From: Microcystis aeruginosa NIES-843
GTDB lineage: Bacteria > Cyanobacteriota > Cyanobacteriia > Cyanobacteriales > Microcystaceae
Length of the DNA: 32,000 bases
Assembly (NCBI RefSeq): GCF_000010625.1
Contig: NC_010296.1
Coordinates: 5,670,001-5,702,000, forward strand
Direction: 5' to 3'
The position numbers were made by a program, and so were the translations under genes. Positions 18,491 through 25,807 of this stretch are shown in pieces. A model generated the notes under the pieces. That model was not told the DNA's origin. It saw only the letters and a list, made by a program, of their open reading frames with translations, and did not search any database. Numbering within the stretch: the first letter of the stretch is position 1; each line of letters starts with the position of its first letter.

Positions 18491-18951
18491 CGAAAAATTG
18501 GGTCTGAAACCCCGCCCTTTAGCGATAGCGGAGGGCGGCTTTACATAAGTCAGTGAGAAACAATTAAACCGTTAGAACGACGAATTAACTGAATCTTGCT
18601 AACGGCTATCTGTCCCAATCGTTGACCATTGGCATCGCTTACAGATAACTGTTTTTCGGTATCTCCACTAACATAACCAATTCCTTTAGGAGAAGAAACT
18701 AAATCTCCTTTACGGAACCCATGTCTTCTGGTAAAGTTAAAGTCCCTTCCCGCAACACAATCAAGATGTCTTGTCTAACAACGCTTTACCAATAAAGCTT
18801 AGAGGGAATCCGAACTAGGGAAGTATTCGGAGGTCTGGGCCAGATTGTGTCTCGATGCGGTAGTCTCTACTTGCGTCGCCTAAATTGGTCTAGGCAAGCC
18901 CCGTCCCTTTTAGGGTGGGGTTAGTGACCTGATAAGCTTAGACGCACTTAC
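18491..18951 (-). mobile_element. Decayed copy (C2) of an IscB/RRXRR-like element with a 74-codon ORF relic and a structured 5' region
   Basis: The minus-strand relic at 18550..18774 has no start codon. It reads [74 protein letters not shown]. This resembles the (K)THxLDAxCVG ... GFxxGDxV ... RxxG C-terminal region of IscB-family proteins, from recall. Its ends match C1. Confidence 0.45.
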
Positions 18952-19022
18952 ATTGCACTTTAATATCCTGGAACGCCTTGTAGATAGGGATACGAGTAGG
19001 AAACTTAAATGCGTCTAAGCTT
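18934..19022. repeat. 13-bp perfect inverted repeat aagcttagacgca / tgcgtctaagctt separated by 63 nt
   Basis: Read directly at 18934-18946 and 19010-19022. It overlaps the presumed 5' boundary of C2. Confidence 0.7.
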
Positions 19023-19047
19023 ACCAAGTTGCTAAAAATATGTCCCA

Positions 19048-19078
19048 GAAAACGGATTTCTTTAAGAAACCCGTTTTC
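19048..19078. terminator. Variant of the gaaaacgg...ccgttttc hairpin family, downstream of xisI
   Basis: Stem gaaaacgg/ccgttttc with a 15-nt loop, located 8 nt beyond the xisI stop. Confidence 0.55.
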
Positions 19079-19085
19079 TAAGAGG

Positions 19086-19421
19086 TTAGGCGATCGCGTA
19101 GCCCGTGTAACCGCGTACATCCGCCGGATGAAAAGCGAGGACAATATCCTGCCGGGGAACACCCGCCGCCACTAGCTCATGGGTTACTCCGTCTTCGGTT
19201 TCATCTCGTTGTACCCAGATTTTCTCGTTGATAATATCCAAATGAATTAAACAGCCATGCACGCGAGTTTTGCGATCCCATCCGAGCGTCATCAAAAGAT
19301 AGCTATCTCGAACTTCATCAAAAATCGGCTTACAAATCAATTCGCCGTGAGAATAAGGGATTTCAGTATAAGGAATCAAAACCGATTTAATAATATGACG
19401 ATACTGATCTAATTTTTCCAT
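19086..19421 (-). CDS. xisI: XisI protein (fdxN-element excision controlling factor family)
   Basis: 111 aa. MEKLDQYRHIIKSVLIPYTEIPYS...KIWVQRDETEDGVTHELVAAGVPRQDIVLAFHP. It overlaps the xisH 3' end by 13 nt. Confidence 0.85.
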   Translation of the reverse strand: MEKLDQYRHIIKSVLIPYTEIPYSHGELICKPIFDEVRDSYLLMTLGWDRKTRVHGCLIHLDIINEKIWVQRDETEDGVTHELVAAGVPRQDIVLAFHPADVRGYTGYAIA

Positions 19422-19918
19422 TGCGAAATGACCTCCTTTTCAGCATCAAAAACAATAAACTTGAGATTTTCATCTTCGATTAAAATTTGTCCGATTGGCT
19501 CTTCAAAAAATGAATTATAAATCACATCTCTAATCGCCAAATATAGTTTATAATCAGGATAAGAACGACGCAAAACAGCCCGATAGATCGCAAACTGTCC
19601 AATCGCATCACGACAGGCTTGTAATTCTGATTCCCCCAGAAAGCTTTTAACTTCTACAGCAATTTTTTGCTCCAATCGCTCTGCTAATATTAGCTTTTTA
19701 GCCCCCAAATCGACGTACATATCTTTTCGCCCCCAACGGAGATGAAACGGATCGTGCGTGATCGTCCACCCATCTTTAATCAGGGCTTGCTTCGCAGCAT
19801 TATAGTCATTTCAATTAAGATTGAGAATATCAATGCCAGAGTTCATAAGGGTTTAACTGGTCTAGAGTGTATCAGACTTATCTGAAATGACTATATGATA
19901 CAGATCGAGAGCGGGCAT
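19409..19918 (-). pseudogene. xisH: xisH interrupted by a 91-bp MITE after codon 8
   Basis: MPALDLYH (19918-19895) is followed by the MITE, then NAAKQALIKDGWTITHDPFHLRWGRKDMYVDLGAKKL... Removing 19803-19893 and one TA restores a 138-aa in-frame XisH. Confidence 0.85.
19803..19893. mobile_element. 91-bp MITE with perfect 10-bp terminal inverted repeats (tagtcatttc / gaaatgacta) and a TA target duplication
   Basis: TA is present at 19801-19802 and at 19894-19895. TA targeting resembles IS630/Tc1-mariner-derived MITEs. Confidence 0.85.
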
Positions 19919-19979
19919 AATGGACTAAGTTAGCATAAACGACTAGATAAATAGACAATAGACTGTAAAGTGTTTTTAT

Positions 19980-21596
19980 TTAATTTCCTCCCAAGCGATC
20001 GCAAAAATCCTGACGATAAAGATCGCAGCGAGGTTTCACATTATTATCAACCCGCACCACTAATCCCATACTGTCCAGTTTAAACGACTCCTCAGACCGC
20101 AAACGTACCGGCGCTTCAGAAGTAATAACCAATTTCATGGCTGCCCCCAGTTCAGGATAATCTTCCAAAGTCTTCAAATGTCCCCGCAGATAATCGCTGT
20201 AAATTCCCGCTTCTGTGGGAGCCGTCCGCAAAAATTCCGCCAAAGAAAGATCCCCCGCTGCAATGTGATAGAGTGCCGAGCGCACCATGTAGGGATGCCC
20301 TCCAATTAACCCCATAAATTGTTCGAGTTCCCCCTCTGTCCAAGTTAATCCGTGCCGTGCTACCAACTCCTGTACCTGTTCAGGCGTAAACTCTCCCAAT
20401 TCGATGGGCAACCCCACATTAAAAGGCGATTGATTGATATCCCGTTGGGCATAGGACTCTTGAGAATGGACGATGATCAGCCGCAATTTCTGCCACAGTT
20501 TTTTAATCTTGGAACTTTCATGCCAGCCGCGCAATAATCCGCATAAATCCGTCTCGATATCTGCGTATTTAAAGATGCGATCAAAGTTATCGATCGCCAA
20601 CACCAACGGGCGATCGTCCCCCTCTAATAAATACTTCTCAAAATAATCCGTACTGTTATCGTTCGCTCCAAAAATATCATCCCAATACTCTTCAATCTTG
20701 ACCCTTACTCCTAGTGGTTTACCCACCGACGCACAAAACCACTGCATGAACTTGTCGAGATCGTCAAAGAACTTTTGATTGGTCTGTTCCAGATCGATCG
20801 TTACCGCACGATAGCCTAGTTGAGATGCTTGGGCAAGTACCTTCGCCATCAGGGACGATTTGCCCATATTGTGGGGCGATTTAATCCGAATCAGGGAGCC
20901 AGGCTTTTGAATTTCCTCATAGCACCGTTCTTCGTAAGGGGAAGTAATATAAAAGCGAGAGTCAATGCTAACTTGTCCTTCTGGAGATTCCAAGCTAATT
21001 TCCTGTTGTATCTTGTCTGGAGTAACTGTTGGCTTGAGGGGTTCCGATTGCGTTGGCATCTCAGTGGCTTTTGCGGATTGTTGAGGCTCTGGCAAGACAG
21101 TAGGCTGTTTATCAGTTAACACTGTCGCCATTTCCATTGCCGCGTGGCGAATCCCCTTAGCAATATTTAAAAACGCCTCACCCCGATTACTCCAAGTCGT
21201 CACAGGCTTGGCATTTTTTGGCAAAGCTTGCAACTTACCAAAAGGCGCACCACTCCAATCCACCGGCTTCAAAATAATCGGAATCACCCGCGCCTCCCCC
21301 GCATCATGCCGTGCAATCGCCCGTTCCATTTCAAGATCATAACAGTAGTCAGAAGCGATAAAGTTTTCACTAATCAACAACAGAATAATCTCGGCTGAAT
21401 TGAGATTTTCATCAATGGCTTGTTTCCACTCTGTTCCAGCACTAATTTTGCGATCGTGCCATGATTTAATCACTCCCTGTCTTTGTAATGACGCGAGGTG
21501 AAGTCCCAAAGTTTCCCGCAGTTTCTCATCCCGGTGAGAGTAAGAAATAAATACATCGAGCGGTGTGGATGATATGTCTGGATTAGGTAAAATCAT
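19980..21596 (-). CDS. TIR domain fused to an AAA-like (pfam14516-type) ATPase
   Basis: 538 aa. The N-terminal TIR reads DVFISYSHRDEKLRETLGLHL...ILLLISENFIASDYCYDLEMERAI. The ATPase part reads RFYITSPYEERCYEEIQKPGSLIRIKSPHNMGKSSL (Walker A), LVLAIDNFD (Walker B) and INQSPFNVGLPIELGEFTPEQVQELVARHGL. Confidence 0.8.
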   Translation of the reverse strand: MILPNPDISSTPLDVFISYSHRDEKLRETLGLHLASLQRQGVIKSWHDRKISAGTEWKQAIDENLNSAEIILLLISENFIASDYCYDLEMERAIARHDAGEARVIPIILKPVDWSGAPFGKLQALPKNAKPVTTWSNRGEAFLNIAKGIRHAAMEMATVLTDKQPTVLPEPQQSAKATEMPTQSEPLKPTVTPDKIQQEISLESPEGQVSIDSRFYITSPYEERCYEEIQKPGSLIRIKSPHNMGKSSLMAKVLAQASQLGYRAVTIDLEQTNQKFFDDLDKFMQWFCASVGKPLGVRVKIEEYWDDIFGANDNSTDYFEKYLLEGDDRPLVLAIDNFDRIFKYADIETDLCGLLRGWHESSKIKKLWQKLRLIIVHSQESYAQRDINQSPFNVGLPIELGEFTPEQVQELVARHGLTWTEGELEQFMGLIGGHPYMVRSALYHIAAGDLSLAEFLRTAPTEAGIYSDYLRGHLKTLEDYPELGAAMKLVITSEAPVRLRSEESFKLDSMGLVVRVDNNVKPRCDLYRQDFCDRLGGN

Positions 21597-21611
21597 GGCT
21601 CTCAGTTTTAC

Positions 21612-21680
21612 GATTTCAGAAAACGGTTTTTTTCAAACTATTGATTTCAGAAAACGGGTTTTTTCAAAAAACCCGTTTTC
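21612..21680. repeat. One partial and one full copy of the gatttcagaaaacggg-tttttt-caaaaaacccgttttc hairpin repeat
   Basis: 21650-21680 is identical to the palindrome at 11833-11863. 21612-21638 is a half copy. Confidence 0.8.
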
Positions 21681-21864
21681 TCGTCTAACTTGTTATACTA
21701 TACTACTACAACTTAAAACCTCACCATTCCCTAATCTTCCCTGTGGGGTTGGAGACAAGCTTTGCACCCTCACTGAAGGAGTAATTTCCCACTTCCGCTC
21801 GCAACTATAGAATTAGCTATAATAAAATTACCACAGGTATCATCTTCATATTTCTGGAAACTAT

Positions 21865-22113
21865 ATGACCTTAAAACAATTAGACCGAATTACTTTTAAC
21901 TCCAAAATTATGGCAGGTCAAGCCTGTATTCGAGGAATGCGTATTCCTGTTTCTTTAATTCTTAATCTACTTGCTAACGAAAAGCCGATAGAGGAAATAT
22001 TAGAGGAATACCCTGACCTAGAAAGAGAAGATATTCACCAATGTTTATTATATGCTTCTTGGTTAGCCAGAGAACAAGTTCATTATTTTGAATTAATCGA
22101 GCAATGGAGATAG
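21865..22113 (+). CDS. DUF433 antitoxin-like protein
   Basis: 82 aa. SKIMAGQACIRGMRIPVSLILNLLANEKPIEEILEEYPDLEREDIHQCLLYA fits DUF433. Confidence 0.8.
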   Translation: MTLKQLDRITFNSKIMAGQACIRGMRIPVSLILNLLANEKPIEEILEEYPDLEREDIHQCLLYASWLAREQVHYFELIEQWR

Positions 22114-22472
22114 AGTTTCTAGCCGATATGGGGATTTATCTGCGTACAGTCTCATGGTTAAGAGAACAAGGTTATGATGTCGTTCATCTTCGATATGAAG
22201 GCTTACAAACTTTATCTGATCAGTAAATTCTTGCCAAAGCAAAAAGAGAAAAGCGGATAATTTTAACTGTCGATCTAGATTTTTCTCAACTTCTCGCTAT
22301 TAGTGGTGATAATTTACCAAGTGTCATCCTATTCCGTTTAGGCAATGAAAACTACAATCTAATTAATCAGCGTTTAACTATAGTTTTACGAGATTGTACA
22401 AAAGCATTAAAGACGGGAGCAATTGTGTCAGTAACAGATCGTATTTTTCGGATTAGACTTTTATCAATTTAA
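22104..22472 (+). pseudogene. DUF5615 (PIN-like, Mut7-C-like) toxin partner with an in-frame TAA at codon 41
   Basis: The ATG at 22104 overlaps the DUF433 stop. It reads MEIEFLADMGIYLRTVSWLREQGYDVVHLRYEGLQTLSDQ*ILAKAKREKRIILTVDLDFSQLLAISGDNLPSVILFRLG... The TAA is at 22224-22226. Confidence 0.75.
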
Positions 22473-22553
22473 GATTTTTGCTTTATAGCGTTCATGGAGT
22501 CTTCCCGTTAATTCCATCTTAAATATTGTGTTCCAAAAGCGAACACCTTTATT

Positions 22554-23772
22554 AGAACTCTTGCAAATTAATTATATGTTATAATGATGGGTTAACTAAT
22601 TTTCCCCAAAAAAATTAGTTAATCAGTACATTCGTCCTGAATGAAAACTTGAAGTTTAACTTTTAACTCAAAACTCTTTAGAGCTGCTTTAATTTGGTTA
22701 TCAAAACCTCTTTATTTAAGCGGCACAAACTATCTCAATTTTTATAATTGAGAATAAATTCTCCTTGACTTGATTAATCTTTAGGCAACTTTTAAGAAGC
22801 TGCTATACCTATCCCTAACTCACAGTTATAAATAGCCGCCAACAAGTTAACTCTTAAACTATATCTTCGACGACGATTCCGATATTTACAGGATAAGATT
22901 TTAAAGATTTTGAGTTTCCTATTTATATGTTCAATGATAATCCTTTCTTTGGCTAAAGCCTTGTTATACTCTTTTTCTAACTCTGTTAATTTTCTATTTT
23001 TCGATTTCTTTTTCGGTGTATAACTATTACTATGGTATGCAGCTATTCCCTGATAACCACTGTCTTCTATGCTGGTAGTTAAAGGATGAAAACGAACTCG
23101 ACTTTTTTTAAATAAACTAAAATCATGACCTCTACCTTTCCCACAAAAGACACAGATAATTTCCTCGGTATTTTGATCAGCTACTAATTGGGATTTTAAA
23201 GTATGATAACCTCTTTTACCCCCCAAAAAATCTTTCTGTTTCTTTTTGGGGCGTTCAATGGGAGTTTCCGTTACATCCATTACCGTTACGACCGGTATCT
23301 CTGCTTGATTTAGTAGAGCTTTTTTTCCTTTTAAACGGAAGTTTCCCGATTGTAAAAGCATTTTTTCCGTCTTATTTACAATCCGACATATAGTTGATTC
23401 TGATAGTTCCCAGCTTGTACCAATGTGAAAATATGTTCTATATTCTCGCCAATATTCTAACGTTACTAAAACTTGTTCTTCTATAGATAGTTTAGGTTTC
23501 GGTCCCCTTTTAGATGGTGAATTAGAGTCGGCTTCAACACTTTTTACTGATTCTACCATCTTTCTATAGGTTTGTTTATACACACCGAAACGGCGTTTGA
23601 ATTGTTCATCTGATAAGTTTTGATAATCCATAATTTTGCTAATAAACATAGCAAAATTATAGATGATTTCCTGACCTAAGATCACATTTTATTCTTTTTT
23701 CCACTTCAATCTAAGAATTGAGAAAAAAGCAAAACCTTATATTATACCATAAAAAAATTATGCAAGAGGTCT
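22554..23772 (-). mobile_element. IS5-superfamily (DDE_Tnp_4 / Harbinger-like) insertion sequence, about 1.2 kb
   Basis: Imperfect terminal repeats are agaactcttgcaaa... at the left end and agacctcttgcata... (complement) at the right end. ATT flanks both ends and may be a 3-bp duplication. Confidence 0.65.
22792..23631 (-). CDS. DDE_Tnp_4-type transposase
   Basis: MDYQNLSDEQFKRRFGVYKQTYRKMVE (HTH), then VTVMDVTETPIERP, GRGHDFSLFK and ERIIIEHINRKLKIFKIL. The ATG at 23629-23631 is preferred over the longer track start. Confidence 0.75.
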   Translation of the reverse strand: MDYQNLSDEQFKRRFGVYKQTYRKMVESVKSVEADSNSPSKRGPKPKLSIEEQVLVTLEYWREYRTYFHIGTSWELSESTICRIVNKTEKMLLQSGNFRLKGKKALLNQAEIPVVTVMDVTETPIERPKKKQKDFLGGKRGYHTLKSQLVADQNTEEIICVFCGKGRGHDFSLFKKSRVRFHPLTTSIEDSGYQGIAAYHSNSYTPKKKSKNRKLTELEKEYNKALAKERIIIEHINRKLKIFKILSCKYRNRRRRYSLRVNLLAAIYNCELGIGIAAS

Positions 23773-23782
23773 ATTATTGAGT

Positions 23783-23842
23783 ACAAATTATAACATTGGC
23801 AAATAATCTCCCTGTCCTCTGTGTCTCTGTGGTTAATTACAC
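23783..23842. repeat. Direct repeat copy 1 (aaattataacat..aataatctc..tgtgtctctgtggttaatta)
   Basis: About 50 of 60 nt match 24590-24649, including a perfect 20-mer. Confidence 0.8.
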
Positions 23843-24162
23843 TTCGTTTCTGAATAGTCACCAATAATTATAGGTTCTTTGTTGGGAATTTTGACAATAA
23901 TTTCGACAGTTCCACCTAATGCGTTAACTACTTCGCGCAGTGTATTTAGCTCTAGATTTTGCTCTTGTTTAAGTTTAGGTACTATTGATTGCTGTACTTC
24001 AAGATGCTCTGCCAATTCTGATAAAGATAAACCTAGTTTTTCCTGCAAATACTTAAGCGTAAGTTCCTCCAGATAAATTTGGGAAGCTCTTGCTTTAATA
24101 ATTGCTTGTCGTTCTCCACAAAGTTTATTAAATTCTTCCGAGAAGTTGGTATATTCTTTCAT
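23833..24162 (-). CDS. HTH (XRE-type) antitoxin, HigA-like
   Basis: 109 aa. The HTH is LQEKLGLSLSELAEHLEVQQSIVPKLK. A 4-nt overlap links it to the upstream toxin gene. Confidence 0.7.
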   Translation of the reverse strand: MKEYTNFSEEFNKLCGERQAIIKARASQIYLEELTLKYLQEKLGLSLSELAEHLEVQQSIVPKLKQEQNLELNTLREVVNALGGTVEIIVKIPNKEPIIIGDYSETKCN

Positions 24163-24515
24163 GACTTTTCTTCCTTAAGTTTTTCCAGATATTTTTGATA
24201 ACGTTGATCTGCTATAGGAATATTTTCTTTGTACCATCTTTTGTTACCTGACTTGTTCCCCCCAACAAGTAAAATTGCTTGTCGATGAGGATCAAAGGCA
24301 AATAAAACACGCCAAGGTTCACCTTTATACTGAATACGAAGCTCTTTCATATTCTTAAAAGAAGATCCTTCAATGGTATCAACTCGTGGTCTCCCCAGTG
24401 CTGGTCTAAGTTTCATCAATACAGTTAAAACAGCAAATATTTCATTTTGAAGTCCCTGTTCTTGTTGATAAAACCAGAACCTAAAATCTGGATCAAATAT
24501 AATATTCTATTCCAT
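24159..24515 (-). pseudogene. RelE/ParE-superfamily (Gp49/HigB-like) toxin with TAG as codon 3
   Basis: ME*NIIFDPDFRFWFYQQEQGLQNEIFAVLTVLMKLRPALGRPRVDTIEGSSFKNMKELRIQYKGEPWRVLFAFDPHRQAILLVGGNK... The TAG is at 24507-24509. The track lists only the TTG-initiated distal 86 aa. Confidence 0.65.
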
Positions 24516-24589
24516 AACTATAATATAGTCTGTACATAAAATAATGTCAAGCTTTCAGTTAAACATTCGGCTCTCTTGCCATCATCATT

Positions 24590-24649
24590 ATAAATTATAA
24601 CATCGGTGAATAATCTCTGTGTTCTTTGTGTCTCTGTGGTTAATTACCC
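24590..24649. repeat. Direct repeat copy 2
   Basis: See 23783-23842. Confidence 0.8.
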
Positions 24650-24720
24650 TCGATAATCTCCGTACCTCGCTCCAACTCGAAAATGCTATGATAAAAACAA
24701 ACTATCACTTCTGATCAAGT

Positions 24721-25044
24721 ATGGACACACAAAACCCTCACTCAACTGTAGAATCAGACGATTTAATCAAAGAACTTGAGGAAACTTTAATCATAACTAA
24801 CTTAAACAATCATTCAACCTCTAACACATCCGAAGAGCCTGAGTTATCAATGGAAGAACTCGATGCTAAATGGGATGCACTAGAAAATGATCCAGAATTT
24901 CGCAAAAAACCTTTTTGGCAAAGAATTGTTGAGATTGGTAAAGTTGTTCCCCAATCAGAATGGCGAAAACACTTACCTACAGACTTTGCGCGTAATTTTG
25001 AACACTATATGTACGGCGCACCGAGAGAAGATGAGGAAGAATGA
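24721..25044 (+). CDS. Antitoxin-like protein, copy 1 (107 aa) of a tandem duplication
   Basis: Residues from ...TNLNNHSTSNTSEEPELSMEELDAKWDALENDPEF... are nearly identical to 25131..25382. The ATG used by copy 2 is ATA here, so an upstream ATG extends the ORF. Confidence 0.6.
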   Translation: MDTQNPHSTVESDDLIKELEETLIITNLNNHSTSNTSEEPELSMEELDAKWDALENDPEFRKKPFWQRIVEIGKVVPQSEWRKHLPTDFARNFEHYMYGAPREDEEE

Positions 25045-25085
25045 AACAAATTTTCGCAAAACATTTACCTGACCAGATAATTTAG
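25041..25085 (+). pseudogene. 14-codon remnant of a PIN toxin gene after antitoxin copy 1
   Basis: atgaaacaaattttc... (MKQIFAKHLPDQII*) parallels atgagaacaattttc (MRTIFLD...) at 25379, with the same ATGA overlap. Confidence 0.5.
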
Positions 25086-25130
25086 GTTATCATTAACTTA
25101 TTCTCTTTAATCTAAAAGGAAACTTTAATC

Positions 25131-25382
25131 ATGACTAACTTAAACAATCATTCAACCTCTAACACATCCGAAGAGCCTGAGTTATCAATGGAAGAACTCG
25201 ATGCTAAATGGGATGCACTAGAAAATGACCCAGAATTTTTAGCAAAACCTATCTGGCAACAAATTATAGAAATTGGTAACGTTGTTCCCCAATCAGAATG
25301 GCGAAAACACTTTCCCAGAGACTTTGCGCGTAATTTTGAACACTATATGTACGGCGCACCGAGAGAAGATGAGGAAGAATGA
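25131..25382 (+). CDS. Antitoxin-like protein, copy 2 (83 aa), partner of the PIN toxin
   Basis: 4-nt overlap with the PIN gene. The N-terminus is acidic, and the C-terminus reads PRDFARNFEHYMYGAPREDEEE. Confidence 0.65.
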   Translation: MTNLNNHSTSNTSEEPELSMEELDAKWDALENDPEFLAKPIWQQIIEIGNVVPQSEWRKHFPRDFARNFEHYMYGAPREDEEE

Positions 25383-25792
25383 GAACAATTTTCTTAGATA
25401 CATCCTATTTACAGGCTCTTGCTGATTTTGGCGATAATCTTAATCCATTAGCTACAGCTATGACAGGACGACTCCGTAACTTTAGAGGTGTTACCAGTGA
25501 AATGGTTCTGACAGAATTACTCAATGCTTTATGCAGTAGAGGGGAATATTTACGCAAATCAGCTATTCGTCTAACTCATAGATTACGCAATGACAGCAAA
25601 ACCATAATCATTCCCCAAACCAGTGAACAATTTCACCAGGCTTTTGATTTTTACCAAAGACGATTAGATAAAGGATACAGTTTAACTGATTGTGCTTCCA
25701 TGCAGATTATGAGACAACTGGAAATCTCTGAAATATTAACCTTTGATAAGCATTTTCAGCAAGAAGGATTTAGCGCATTACTCAGAGAATAG
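25379..25792 (+). CDS. PIN-domain (VapC-like) toxin
   Basis: 137 aa. MRTIFLDTSYLQAL... with TDCASMQIM and FDKHFQQEGF, typical acidic PIN signature positions. Confidence 0.75.
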   Translation: MRTIFLDTSYLQALADFGDNLNPLATAMTGRLRNFRGVTSEMVLTELLNALCSRGEYLRKSAIRLTHRLRNDSKTIIIPQTSEQFHQAFDFYQRRLDKGYSLTDCASMQIMRQLEISEILTFDKHFQQEGFSALLRE

Positions 25793-25807
25793 TCACTAAA
25801 CTTTACT

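Noticed and set aside
18491-18951. Group II intron (the minus strand begins GTGCG, and a 3' hairpin starts with AAGC)
   Set aside because: The hairpin does not fit the 34-nt domain V layout: the bulge is misplaced and there is no GNRA loop. There is no reverse-transcriptase relic. The ORF relic looks IscB-like rather than maturase-like.
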